DNA of 60,484 nucleotides from a virus. The notes under the pieces are model-generated. The model saw only the letters and a list, made by a program, of their open reading frames with translations, was not told the DNA's origin and did not search any database. Each line of letters opens with the position of its first letter. Position 1 is the first letter of the stretch. Position numbers and translations under genes: made by a program. Below, piece by piece: positions 33,423-43,623 of the stretch. The stretch lies in IMG/VR virus record IMGVR_UViG_3300035145_002886. One strand, given 5' to 3'.

Positions 33423-34084
33423 TCTTCAGTCTCATCTATTTCAACGTCTGTAATATCGTCTTCTTCAGATCCGCTTTTAATTCCTGCTTGAATTGCTGCC
33501 ATTAAGTCTTTTGTACCTCGTTGAACATTACCATCCTTAGAATCTCCACCGCTTGCTTCAATTTCTCGAGTGTCGTCTCTCTTTTTATAGAGTTCAATAT
33601 CTCTTGCAATTCTCTTGGTAGATTCTTCAGCTGCCATTAAATACATTGTTTGAGATTTGATAATATCTAACATTGACTTTTGTAGTGTTGCAAGCACTTC
33701 AAACATTCTTGGTGCAAGTTCTCCAGCTTCAATTGTTTCTAATAAGGTTGTAAGTGCTCTTTCACCAGCTTGTAATTGATAAATGAGAGAACTCATTGTC
33801 ATCTCATCCATCTTTTTCTTAGCTTGAATGTATTCGTCCTTCTCAATAATATCTGCATCAAGATAAAACTTCATTAGACTTGTAATAGTCTTTTTAGCCT
33901 TATTGGTTGAAGTTGACTTTATATCGGCATAATTAACTGGAGGCAAAGAAGTAGGCTGCTGAACTAGACCCGTGTCTTTTGGATCCTGCTCAACGTCTAA
34001 TCTTTCATCATCTCCAATTAAATTATCAAGCTCTCTACGGATCTCGTCGGCTTGATCTTTTATTGTTCTCTTGTTTTCACTCAT
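33419..34084 (-). CDS. putative terminase small subunit
   Basis: Helical 221-aa ORF coupled to the large terminase; PRMFEVLATL motif. Confidence 0.6.
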   Translation of the reverse strand: MSENKRTIKDQADEIRRELDNLIGDDERLDVEQDPKDTGLVQQPTSLPPVNYADIKSTSTNKAKKTITSLMKFYLDADIIEKDEYIQAKKKMDEMTMSSLIYQLQAGERALTTLLETIEAGELAPRMFEVLATLQKSMLDIIKSQTMYLMAAEESTKRIARDIELYKKRDDTREIEASGGDSKDGNVQRGTKDLMAAIQAGIKSGSEEDDITDVEIDETEE

Positions 34085-34115
34085 AAAATGTTCTTTAACA
34101 AGTTATGTATCTAAA

Positions 34116-36074
34116 TTATTTGGGATTGCTATATCTTCTTAACCTAATTGATGGAATCGCATTATCAGTAATTATTGCTAGATCTGAGTCTCTAACTACA
34201 TATTGTTGAATTACATTTATTTGCTGCTCCTCTTCAATTACTCTTTCAAAGACTCTAAAATTACTAAAGTTGATTGGTGCTGCAGAAAGGCTCCATCCTT
34301 TTTCAGCATCCCATTCTTGTGCTCCATTTAGGGCAAATGTCATATCAACAATTCTAGCAAGAGTTCCTGCCTTTTTGTGTGAAAGTCCTCTATTAGAATC
34401 TGGATCGAGTCTGTAAAGAGCGACTCCAAGATCGTTTGATTCATTATTTAAGTTAACCACTAGACCATACCAGACATTCTTTTCAAGTGGAGTGTCATAT
34501 GTTACTAATTTTGTGACTCCATTAACCTTGATTTCCATCGCAGTCTTACTAGTCGCAATTGATATTCCAGAATTAATGTTTGTCTCTGCGGTACCATCAA
34601 TAAATACATAACTTGAATCGTCAGCATCGGTAAACTGGGGTCTAATCCAACCAGTAACTGCTAGGTTCTGAGATGCTGTTAATTTTGAGTGTGCCTTATA
34701 TGTCAGAGCAAATCTTTCTCCAGTAGTAACCTGGTCAAGTGCATAGTGATTCTTTGTAATCATTGTCCACTTATTTCTGATCTCAGTATCTATGATTGTT
34801 AAGCTAGAATGCTTACTAAATCTAACATTATCCTCAAGTTCTTGATACGTTGTCTTGTACTGGTCTGGTTTAGTGAACTTTTCAAATTCTTGCTGAATCT
34901 CTTCACCAAAGATTTCTTCAACCCCAACGGTCAAGTCATCTACCTCTTGTTCAATTGCGCTATCGGTATGAATTGAACTTGTTCTGTCTTCCCATTTTCT
35001 AAGTTGAACTCTCCAATATGTCATTTGAAGATTAAACTCATCAGCAAGAGCAACTGTACTTACTTCATACATTCTATTAATTAATGGAAAATAAAGATAG
35101 TCTCTGCTTCTTGGTTCTTTGTTTAATCCAAACTTATTTGTGAACTCATCTCCTGTAATATGAACCTCAAACTCTTCAAAGTCCATTCCAAAAATATCGA
35201 AGTTGAATTCTCTGGTAGGAAAAGAATTGTCTGGAACCATAATTTTTAGAGTGTTCTCCGCAACGACATTGTAAAGTGAGTACTCTTTCAGGATTACGTC
35301 TCTACTTCTTTGATCTGGCTCGACTCTAAAATATTTTACATCATGTCCCCACATTTGGTTTGTTAAGGCGCTTAATTGACGATAAATAGCAGTTGGCTTT
35401 CTTAAGTTATATGGGTTCCAAACCTCATCTGTACAATCAATTATGATATTTGCACATCCATCCATTGCATATGGATCTGAGCAGTCCTCACACCAGTTAG
35501 GACACGATTCAATGATTCCATCACTAGTCTCAAGTTCAAATGTAATACTAAGTAGAGAAATTGAGTGACTGTCGGACAACCTATCGACCTCTAGTCGAAT
35601 GTCTAACCAAAGTGGTAAATTATCATCAAATGTCTTTCCAAACAGATCACTCGGGTCGCTATTCTTATTTAAGTCTCTAAATTCACTAAACTCTCCTCCA
35701 TCTGGAAGTTCGCTTTGTGACCATCTATACTTATATGTAAAGTAATTATTTGGATTTTCTGGAAGATAGAAGTTAAAGTCTCCACCAACTGGAGCCTCTT
35801 CTGTAATTGTAAATTGAGTATCACTAATTACTTGATCTACGGTAAAGGTCAGGTTACCAACAATAAATTTGTCTCCAGATGTAAGGTTAAGATTTGTTCC
35901 TATTCCAGTTACGGTAGTATTTCCAAGCGCAAGTCTTAATTTTCCAATAGTATTGGCATTGCTCACACCGACCACAATGGTCCAGTCAGTTACTCTAACT
36001 ACTCTCTCATAAGGATCTTTTAGCCTAGCAATAAAATTATCGCCTATTTGTGTTGCTGTGAAATTATTTACCAT
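34116..36074 (-). CDS. virion structural protein (gp14 neck-like domain plus LamG-like C-terminus)
   Basis: GHDVKYFR...DVILKEY...PRSRDYLYFPLINRMYEV; beta-rich C-terminus. Confidence 0.65.
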   Translation of the reverse strand: MVNNFTATQIGDNFIARLKDPYERVVRVTDWTIVVGVSNANTIGKLRLALGNTTVTGIGTNLNLTSGDKFIVGNLTFTVDQVISDTQFTITEEAPVGGDFNFYLPENPNNYFTYKYRWSQSELPDGGEFSEFRDLNKNSDPSDLFGKTFDDNLPLWLDIRLEVDRLSDSHSISLLSITFELETSDGIIESCPNWCEDCSDPYAMDGCANIIIDCTDEVWNPYNLRKPTAIYRQLSALTNQMWGHDVKYFRVEPDQRSRDVILKEYSLYNVVAENTLKIMVPDNSFPTREFNFDIFGMDFEEFEVHITGDEFTNKFGLNKEPRSRDYLYFPLINRMYEVSTVALADEFNLQMTYWRVQLRKWEDRTSSIHTDSAIEQEVDDLTVGVEEIFGEEIQQEFEKFTKPDQYKTTYQELEDNVRFSKHSSLTIIDTEIRNKWTMITKNHYALDQVTTGERFALTYKAHSKLTASQNLAVTGWIRPQFTDADDSSYVFIDGTAETNINSGISIATSKTAMEIKVNGVTKLVTYDTPLEKNVWYGLVVNLNNESNDLGVALYRLDPDSNRGLSHKKAGTLARIVDMTFALNGAQEWDAEKGWSLSAAPINFSNFRVFERVIEEEQQINVIQQYVVRDSDLAIITDNAIPSIRLRRYSNPK

Positions 36075-36460
36075 TACGCTTTAATCTTATCTTGTGGCGT
36101 GTAAACTTCTCCAGCCAACCAGCTAGCTACAAAACCAGTTAGTGAAACAAAGTAAACTGCCAAGTCAGTAAGACTTGAACCAAACCAAATCGCTGCTCCG
36201 CCTGCAATAGCCCATAAACCAACGACTGCGTAAATCATCACCTCTCTTCTGGAATTAGGACCCTTTTGCATGATACCTGTCTTTCCAGAAGGTCTCTTTG
36301 ATTCTCCCCAAATATATGTTGCTACGTATGCAGTTAGGGATCCAAAATAAACTGCAAGTTCTTTAAGATCGGTGCTTTTGAAGGCTCCTAGAACACCCAT
36401 TATAACCCATAAGATTACCGTAATGTAGACTAGTCCCTCTCTTTTTCCGAGATTTGACAT
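36074..36460 (-). CDS. 4-TM membrane protein with internal duplication (holin-like?)
   Basis: Two copies of RE..Y....LW....LAVYF.SLT..VA....GE. Confidence 0.7.
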   Translation of the reverse strand: MSNLGKREGLVYITVILWVIMGVLGAFKSTDLKELAVYFGSLTAYVATYIWGESKRPSGKTGIMQKGPNSRREVMIYAVVGLWAIAGGAAIWFGSSLTDLAVYFVSLTGFVASWLAGEVYTPQDKIKA

Positions 36461-36481
36461 AATGATTCAAGATCTTTTTCT

Positions 36482-37132
36482 TTATATATCTGAATCATAA
36501 TCAGTAATCACCAATACTTCTGGGTTATCGTTTTCATATGCTTCTAATACCTCGATAATTCTCATTATTACCGTTGCATTTTCACTGGTATTATGCTCGC
36601 TCAAAAAGATGTCAAGTGAGCGCAACATTGATTGCAATTTAATTACACTATAATGTTTATTGTCTTTTAAGATTCCTGATCTGAGAAGAATCATATTGAC
36701 ATGAGGCAACTGCTGTAACGGAAAATAGTCAAATGTCCTAAAAGTACCTCTAATTATTTTGATTGAAAACTTAATAGTCTTCATTTCATCAACCGAAACT
36801 ATTCTCGAGTAGCCTGCATTTCTGATGTAGTCTATTTTAATCCATTTCAGGTTTGGCATATCCTCCAGCATTCTCCATATAAAGTAGGTTGAAGTTGCCT
36901 CCTTGTAAATCATCGCAGTCTCAATTGCTTGAAACTTATTGATTTCTTTTCTGAAATTATTTAGTAGTATAGATCTTACAGCAGATGCTTCTACAAGAAT
37001 TGAGTCACTATCAAGATTTCTAAAACTATTTGTTTTTCTTATTAGCGCCCAAATCCTTGAGTCTACAGAATTATACCGGTAAAGTACAATATCTGTAATT
37101 TCTGAAAAAGTATCTCTATTTTGTGTAAACAT
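36482..37132 (-). CDS. hypothetical protein
   Basis: 216-aa ORF. Confidence 0.8.
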   Translation of the reverse strand: MFTQNRDTFSEITDIVLYRYNSVDSRIWALIRKTNSFRNLDSDSILVEASAVRSILLNNFRKEINKFQAIETAMIYKEATSTYFIWRMLEDMPNLKWIKIDYIRNAGYSRIVSVDEMKTIKFSIKIIRGTFRTFDYFPLQQLPHVNMILLRSGILKDNKHYSVIKLQSMLRSLDIFLSEHNTSENATVIMRIIEVLEAYENDNPEVLVITDYDSDI

Positions 37133-37544
37133 TAATTTGCTCCTCTATTTTCTGTAAGTCAGAATATAGATCTTCTTTCGCGAATTTTTTCATCTCTTCA
37201 AATTCGCGATTTCCAATCTCATTACGATCCATGTATATTTGAACTGCAGTTGGGTCCGGAATATATTTATCCTTTTCATTTTTTGCAGCCCGTTTGGTCC
37301 TTGTATAGATCCATCCTGGAACGCTTTTAAATCGAGAAGCAACTAGTGACCAGCATTCAACAACATTTCCACCATCAATTCCATTGATATTAAATGCTTG
37401 TGCATTTGCTGGATATTTAATAGCAAAGAAACGATTAATCATAAAGTGATGTCGCTTCTTGTTAACCTGCTTAATCTTTTTATAGTCTGATGGCCTCGTG
37501 AACATAATCTTCACGAAGTCAAATAGTTTAGTTTCGTCCAGCAT
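37116..37544 (-). CDS. putative clamp loader small subunit (gp62-like)
   Basis: FMINRFF motif and size; same operon region as the gp44-like gene. Confidence 0.5.
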   Translation of the reverse strand: MLDETKLFDFVKIMFTRPSDYKKIKQVNKKRHHFMINRFFAIKYPANAQAFNINGIDGGNVVECWSLVASRFKSVPGWIYTRTKRAAKNEKDKYIPDPTAVQIYMDRNEIGNREFEEMKKFAKEDLYSDLQKIEEQINVYTK

Positions 37545-38809
37545 TAAAACAAATTGTTTAGATTTTTAGTCTTTGGTTTTGCTTTTGTTTCAACCTTCTT
37601 TTTTCCAACCGTCTTTATTGGTTTTGGTTCTTCAGGAATGTCCATATCTGCGAAAGGATCCGAACCTGCTGGAGCATCTGAACCTTTAAGCCATGGCGTT
37701 CCTTCAAGTATTTTATCTTTATCAAATAAAACATTCATATTTTCAACAGCACCTTCCCATTCCTGATCAATCTCTTTGTAGATTGCCTTTTGAATAGCTT
37801 CTGGAATAATTCTATTGTGAAGAACCATTAGTGCAAGATTATTATTAAGACTGCTCTTAATCAAACCTTTAGAACTTTTACCGATTACTCGATAGATTAC
37901 TTCTGATAGGATATTCTTTTGTTCGTCTGAAAAAAGGTATTCAATTGAGAAGTTATCAAACTCTTTGATATATTGTTCCCATATTTTAGAAGCCATCTTA
38001 TCAGTAATTGAATAGTTGCGAAGCTTTCCATTCTTAAGCTCTTTTTGCCAAGTAACTACTGAAGGAATATTATCGCTACTGTCACCTGTTAAAACCTTCT
38101 TAAAGATAAACTCATCACAATTAACCTCAGTTACTTCAATTTTATATTTATTGATCCAGTTGAGAATATTGTGTTGATATTCATCACGTCCCATATGTTC
38201 GCCACCCATATTGAATAGCAGATCGTCAGTGCTTAGTTGTTCTGAAGCCATTAATTCCATATCGGCTTTAAATCCTTCATAAACATAGAGAGACTTTTTA
38301 GTATTCCAATACCAAATCGTATGAGCATCGTTTGCCTTTGAATGATTAACTAATTGAATTAGGTCACGATCACCTGTCCAAACAATACATGATTTGCCAC
38401 GACCATTTAGTGCAACTGACCAACCAAAGATAACATCATCTGCTTCAGCGCCAGATGTTTGCTGTACTGTTACTCCTCTTGTCTTTAGAATATTTTGAAA
38501 CTCTCCATATACCTCATAAACATTTGCCCAATCAACGCTGCTGTCGCTCTTTCTTGTTCCCTTATAGTCTGCTTCTGGATAAAGATCTTTTCTCCATGAC
38601 TTAGAGTCGACTGCAATAACTACGTCATCGACAAAATCTTGTAGTTTTCTTAATTCTGACGCAAGATCGATCGACAATTTACGCATAAATTGTGCCTTTT
38701 GCTTTTCGTCTCCTAGTAACTTACCAGTTTTTGGTCTAGGCATGACAAAAAGTCTACTATATACAAAATAGTTACCGTCTATTAATAGTGTATGTTTTCC
38801 CACTTTCAT
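37544..38809 (-). CDS. rnh: 5'-3' exonuclease / T4 RNase H-like flap endonuclease
   Basis: LLIDGN, WRK..YKGTR, EADD, TGDRDLIQL and GDSSDNIP. Confidence 0.93.
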   Translation of the reverse strand: MKVGKHTLLIDGNYFVYSRLFVMPRPKTGKLLGDEKQKAQFMRKLSIDLASELRKLQDFVDDVVIAVDSKSWRKDLYPEADYKGTRKSDSSVDWANVYEVYGEFQNILKTRGVTVQQTSGAEADDVIFGWSVALNGRGKSCIVWTGDRDLIQLVNHSKANDAHTIWYWNTKKSLYVYEGFKADMELMASEQLSTDDLLFNMGGEHMGRDEYQHNILNWINKYKIEVTEVNCDEFIFKKVLTGDSSDNIPSVVTWQKELKNGKLRNYSITDKMASKIWEQYIKEFDNFSIEYLFSDEQKNILSEVIYRVIGKSSKGLIKSSLNNNLALMVLHNRIIPEAIQKAIYKEIDQEWEGAVENMNVLFDKDKILEGTPWLKGSDAPAGSDPFADMDIPEEPKPIKTVGKKKVETKAKPKTKNLNNLF

Positions 38810-38875
38810 TTTAATCTTGTTTTACAGATCTAATATAATCATTTTTCATGACATAAAAAAATCTGGATAATATTT

Positions 38876-39832
38876 TTATGACCTTATAATTGTCTGTAGA
38901 GAATAAACACAACTCAACATTGTTATTACCGGGTCAATTACATGGACTCTTTGTGCTTGATGTTGAGCCACTGTAATAATAATTTGAGGAATATGTTGTA
39001 CATTCTTTTGTTTCTCTTGTTGTATGTATTCTATAAATTCTGCACCAAGTGCCGCAAGAACTTCATCAATTCTATTTGAATAGTTGCTTACCAACATTTG
39101 ATAATTCTTTGCTGGATCAGTTTCATTAAATATCAATTCAAATACATCTTTGAAAACAGAATTGAATCGCTTAACGTCATTGATTGTAATATTTGTTGTT
39201 CCTTGTGTCTTGAATCCTTGAAGTTTATTCAGGGTATTTCGAAGATCGGGAAAGTTTCTTCTTACAAATTCTACAAGCGCGTCCTTTTCAATACTTAGTC
39301 CTTCATTCTTACAAACTTGATAAACTCTCTTAATATACTTTTTTGTAAGTTCGCTTTCTTCTTCCTTATCAAAGTCAAAATTAATTACTTCAAAACGCGA
39401 AAGAACTGGATCTGGTATTTTATTGATATAGTTACAAGTCGCAATAAATCGAGAGTTACTTGCAAATTGTTCCATTGTAGCACGAAGTGCTTTAAAAAAC
39501 TGATCACTTACACCATCAACCTCATCTAAGATTACCACCTTAAATGCTCCAGGCTTATCCATGATCGAAACAGTAGAACAAAAGTCTATAATTCTGGTTC
39601 TAATCACATCAACCGAAGTATCTGTAGATGCATTAATATAAAGATATGGAAGTTCAAATTGATTTACAATTGCTTTCGCAGTTGAGGTCTTTCCAGTACC
39701 AGGACTGCCTGCAAAAAGCATATTCTGGACTAAACCATCGTTAAACTTCTTCATTACTCGATCCGGAAGGATCAATTCGTCTAAATTTTTTGGACGATAC
39801 TTCTCAGTGAAAAGTTGATTTATTGATTGCAT
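38876..39832 (-). CDS. clamp loader large subunit (gp44 / RFC-like)
   Basis: EKYRP, GSPGTGKT, ILDEVD and SRF; start moved to MQSINQ (39832). Confidence 0.95.
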   Translation of the reverse strand: MQSINQLFTEKYRPKNLDELILPDRVMKKFNDGLVQNMLFAGSPGTGKTSTAKAIVNQFELPYLYINASTDTSVDVIRTRIIDFCSTVSIMDKPGAFKVVILDEVDGVSDQFFKALRATMEQFASNSRFIATCNYINKIPDPVLSRFEVINFDFDKEEESELTKKYIKRVYQVCKNEGLSIEKDALVEFVRRNFPDLRNTLNKLQGFKTQGTTNITINDVKRFNSVFKDVFELIFNETDPAKNYQMLVSNYSNRIDEVLAALGAEFIEYIQQEKQKNVQHIPQIIITVAQHQAQRVHVIDPVITMLSCVYSLQTIIRS

Positions 39833-39894
39833 ACAAAAGTCTTTGATAATTATATTAAGAGATGTTGCTCTTGTTTCTAAAATAAATATAGAAT

Positions 39895-40407
39895 ATGGCA
39901 ATAAATTACTCAAAGATCACGATTAAGAGAACGACGAATCCAAGGGGTGGCAGCAGGTTTGGTGTCGTTCTTAAACACTTGCCAAAATCGTTTCGTCAAT
40001 TTTTAATTAAGAATAAGAATATGTCAAGATGGGCAGAAAGTGACCAATGGGTTGAGTGTGCCTTGAAAATACAGAGACCCAGGGTTAAAGATTCTTCGGC
40101 ATTAAAGATATATTGGGACTGGGAAAGTAATGCAGCCGTTGATAAACAGACACTTAAGAATAACTACAATACAATTGATTGGATATGCGCAGTATCTGGT
40201 AAACCAATCCGGTCTAAATTTATGAACTTTGACCTTGAAAACTTTATTCACCCTGAGTATCTTGATGTTCTTAAGGCTCCGATGGTTGATAGCCGAATCC
40301 TAAAAAGTTCGATTGAATTTCGTAAGAAATGTAAAGAACTCCTGCTCAATGAGAGACAAGAGTTCCTTAATATGGCTCGTAAGAACGCTAAAAAGAGGTT
40401 AGACTAA
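39895..40407 (+). CDS. hypothetical protein (only credible plus-strand gene)
   Basis: 170-aa ORF filling the gap between two minus-strand genes. Confidence 0.75.
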   Translation: MAINYSKITIKRTTNPRGGSRFGVVLKHLPKSFRQFLIKNKNMSRWAESDQWVECALKIQRPRVKDSSALKIYWDWESNAAVDKQTLKNNYNTIDWICAVSGKPIRSKFMNFDLENFIHPEYLDVLKAPMVDSRILKSSIEFRKKCKELLLNERQEFLNMARKNAKKRLD

Positions 40408-41940
40408 TTCATATTCTAATTCTAACGTTGAAATTTGTGTTTCAAAAATCATTACGTCAAAATCATATTCATTCCACGATTCTTTCATCTCAACCTTCTT
40501 TCTAAGATCTGTTAACTTCTTTAATTTTGGATTTTCTTTATCTAGACCTTCTAGCTTCTTCTTTTCGCTTGCAATTGCAGCTTGAAGCATTCCTATTTTA
40601 TCTTTCGAAGATTTATCCTTTTTCGACTCTAGATCTTTAATAGCCTCTTCGTATTCTCCTATTTTTGTCTTTATTTCTTCAGACTTTTTAGTAAATTCAG
40701 GCTTCTCTTTTTCTTTCTTAATTAGATCGTCGATTCTCTGTAGCTGATCCTCTTTAGAATTTTTCTTAGTAGGATTAGTATCTTTATCATCTTTTTTAGA
40801 AGTTAATCCCTCTTTATCGGCTAATTCTTCTCTTTCTTTCTTTAACCCATCTAGTTTTTTCTGAGCCTGTTCGATCTTTTCAGAGTCTCCGGATGCTTGT
40901 TCCTTTCTCAATTCGGCGGCAGCAACTGCAATTTCATATGTTTTAATCACAGACGGAGAGTTTGTATCGTCTTTCTTTGCAGCTTCAAGCTTTTGCTTAT
41001 TTGTTTCAATTTGCTTATTTAGCTTATCGATCTCTCCTTTATTTAGATCTGCCATCGCCTGATCTAATTCTTCTTGGTTTTTTTCGACCTCTTCTATTTG
41101 ATCCTTTGGAGCTCCGGATTTTGCTTTTTTGCCAGATTCTTTAGTCGCTTCGGATTCATCTTTAATTTTAGTGACCTTTTTAACTGCATTGTTATACATC
41201 TGCTCATATCTTTTTTTCTCAGATGGTGTAAGTGCTTTTTCATTATCAAGCATCAATTTTGCAACTTGCATGTTTGAATCTGCATTAAGAGCTGCGATCA
41301 TATCCTTATCTTTTGGATATTTTGAAGAAAGGGCAGTTGTATAATCTTCTGCCGCCTTCTTTAACTTTTCTATCTTTTGCTTGTACTGGTCGATGGCTTT
41401 CTTTTTTGCAGCTGCCTGTTTATCTTGTGGGTTTACAGGAGCTGCTTTCTTTGGAGCTGCTTTCTTTGGAGCTGCCTTTGGTTTTGTGGCAACTGCATCT
41501 GATTCACTTAAATTATTCATTGCTATCTCCATCTTAGCAGCCTCTAACTTTGGCTTTCGTACATTCTTCTCAAAATTCTTTCTAATCTTTGCTCTTCTAA
41601 TAGCCTTCTTGATTAGGACTGTAATACCAACCGCTGCACCACCAACAACACCGGCTGCAATAAGCGGGATCATATATAATTCAGCAGACATCATTGAAGC
41701 AACTGCGCCGTCGGCCTCGGTAATTAAGACAGACTCATTAGCCTTTTCTTCTTGACCAATTCCTTTTGCAAGATCTTCTAACTTATTAATAATTGAATCA
41801 ACGTCGCTTACAATATCTGTTCTAACAGAATCAGTTGGTTGAGAAACTTGCGTTGTTGTATCAACAGCTACTTCGGTTCTAACTTCTTGAGCCGATTGTG
41901 TAAATTCTTCAAACAACATTAATTTTTTAGATAACTTCAT
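40399..41940 (-). CDS. Lys/Glu-rich putative internal virion protein
   Basis: N-terminal LMLFEEF, one TM segment, PKKAA repeats and coiled coil; late motif upstream. Confidence 0.7.
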   Translation of the reverse strand: MKLSKKLMLFEEFTQSAQEVRTEVAVDTTTQVSQPTDSVRTDIVSDVDSIINKLEDLAKGIGQEEKANESVLITEADGAVASMMSAELYMIPLIAAGVVGGAAVGITVLIKKAIRRAKIRKNFEKNVRKPKLEAAKMEIAMNNLSESDAVATKPKAAPKKAAPKKAAPVNPQDKQAAAKKKAIDQYKQKIEKLKKAAEDYTTALSSKYPKDKDMIAALNADSNMQVAKLMLDNEKALTPSEKKRYEQMYNNAVKKVTKIKDESEATKESGKKAKSGAPKDQIEEVEKNQEELDQAMADLNKGEIDKLNKQIETNKQKLEAAKKDDTNSPSVIKTYEIAVAAAELRKEQASGDSEKIEQAQKKLDGLKKEREELADKEGLTSKKDDKDTNPTKKNSKEDQLQRIDDLIKKEKEKPEFTKKSEEIKTKIGEYEEAIKDLESKKDKSSKDKIGMLQAAIASEKKKLEGLDKENPKLKKLTDLRKKVEMKESWNEYDFDVMIFETQISTLELEYELV

Positions 41941-41990
41941 TACTGTGTATTTGTGTTTATTATAGTCTATATATCTCTAAATCTAAAGGC

Positions 41991-42021
41991 AAAAAGAAAG
42001 GGACCCCTTGCGGAGTCCCTT
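41991..42021 (-). terminator. intrinsic terminator after major capsid gene
   Basis: AAGGGACTCC-GCAA-GGGGTCCCTT followed by a U tract. Confidence 0.85.
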
Positions 42022-42045
42022 AATATCTAAAGTCTTAACTATTTA

Positions 42046-43533
42046 TTATAGTTCTAGACCTGTTACCTCGAATGAGTAGTACATAGTCTCTGGGTGGAAA
42101 CCTGCTTCAACTAGAGCGAATCTAGATTTAACAGCTACCTTAGGAGCCATTGTACCTTCAGCGATAGCTTGTACGCTTTCAGCCATTAGGTAAGGCATGA
42201 ATACAAGACCAGCACCGTTTCCATCACCTTTTCTACCAACGATAACTCTGTGAGTCTCTTCTGCTGGAGAACCAGCTTGGTAACCTGAGAATGGAATTCT
42301 TGGGTCAGTGTAAACATTGATACCAGCTACAGAACCTACTGGGTAGATTGCACCTGCAACTTGTGATACAGTGTTTGCCATTGGGTTAGGAACGAATCCT
42401 GCAACTCCTTGTAGAGCTGAAGCTACTTTAGCATCAACAACTGCGAAGTTACCAGCACCTCTTCTACCTCTGTTAGCGATTAAGTTAGCAGAAGCTAAGA
42501 TGTGAGTAAGGATTCTTCTGTTTACGTCACCGTAAGTGTTACCACCAGTACCGTAAGAAAGAGCTAAATCTAGAGAAGTACCAGCAGCTGCTTTGTTCTC
42601 TAATGCTAGTTCGTTGATTCTTCCTAGGATGTAGTCGTTGATTGACTGAGTTAATTCGTTAGTTAATACAGCTTCTACTTGAGCTACTGCGTCAACTCCG
42701 AATTGCTTAAGATCCTGAACCTGCTCTCTAGTTACTGCAGCAGCAACTTGGAAAGTTTCAGCCTCTACAGACTTGCTGAATAGAGATAGACCCATTAGCT
42801 TGTCAGCAGTTCTTTCACCACCTTCTCTTGAGAAAGGCTTAGCGAAAGTTGCGTAAGGATCGTTACCAGTGTTAACTCCATCACCAGAGAATCCTGGGAT
42901 GTGGTCTTCTAGAGCCTTCACTAGTTCAACTGCTGCTGAACCATTACCTGAAGCCGCTCTAAAGTCAGCTAGTACGTTAGCCTCAACTAGATCACCAGTT
43001 ACAGAGTAGATAGCGTATCCATCAATTCTTGAGTAACCTACTCTTGTGTAAGTTGCTGAAGATGCTGGAGAACCTGGACCGAAAGATGCAGCGTCCTCAT
43101 CAGACTTGATGTAAGTAGGAGCAGTTGCACCTAACTCGATAGTACCTCCTTCGTAAGTGAAGTCTAGGTAAGAAAGTAATCCCATAGGACCTGCCATTGG
43201 AATAACTGGTACAAGGTCAAGAGCGATAGTTTGAGCTGCAACTTGCATCGCTAAAGGAAGTAGAGTTGGAGCTTTATCACCAGAACCTACAGCACCAGAA
43301 GTATCACCATTCTGTGCAGTTTGTGTTGGGAAAGAAACCGCGCCCATACCTGTTAGGTTCATTGGGCCAGGGTTGTTGCTTAATGACATGATGTTAGCAT
43401 CTTCATAAAGCTTGTGATTGTGACAGTAAGTTGACATCCATGCCAGCTTTTCAGAATCGTTAATACCTGTAGCCTCCTCGATAATTGGAGCCCAAGTTGT
43501 TCTGATTTCTGCCTCGTTAATTAAATTAGCCAT
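42046..43533 (-). CDS. major capsid protein (gp23-like)
   Basis: WAPII, VIPMAGPMGL, QDLKQFGVDA, RRGAGNF and FMPY...KSRFAL. Confidence 0.96.
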   Translation of the reverse strand: MANLINEAEIRTTWAPIIEEATGINDSEKLAWMSTYCHNHKLYEDANIMSLSNNPGPMNLTGMGAVSFPTQTAQNGDTSGAVGSGDKAPTLLPLAMQVAAQTIALDLVPVIPMAGPMGLLSYLDFTYEGGTIELGATAPTYIKSDEDAASFGPGSPASSATYTRVGYSRIDGYAIYSVTGDLVEANVLADFRAASGNGSAAVELVKALEDHIPGFSGDGVNTGNDPYATFAKPFSREGGERTADKLMGLSLFSKSVEAETFQVAAAVTREQVQDLKQFGVDAVAQVEAVLTNELTQSINDYILGRINELALENKAAAGTSLDLALSYGTGGNTYGDVNRRILTHILASANLIANRGRRGAGNFAVVDAKVASALQGVAGFVPNPMANTVSQVAGAIYPVGSVAGINVYTDPRIPFSGYQAGSPAEETHRVIVGRKGDGNGAGLVFMPYLMAESVQAIAEGTMAPKVAVKSRFALVEAGFHPETMYYSFEVTGLEL

Positions 43534-43623
43534 TTTATCATTTTATTTTTTTTTAATGGTTATTTTCGACATTATCGGGGCTTTCTGCTTCTGTCGCCCT
43601 TATCGTCGATATTTTTTATATAT

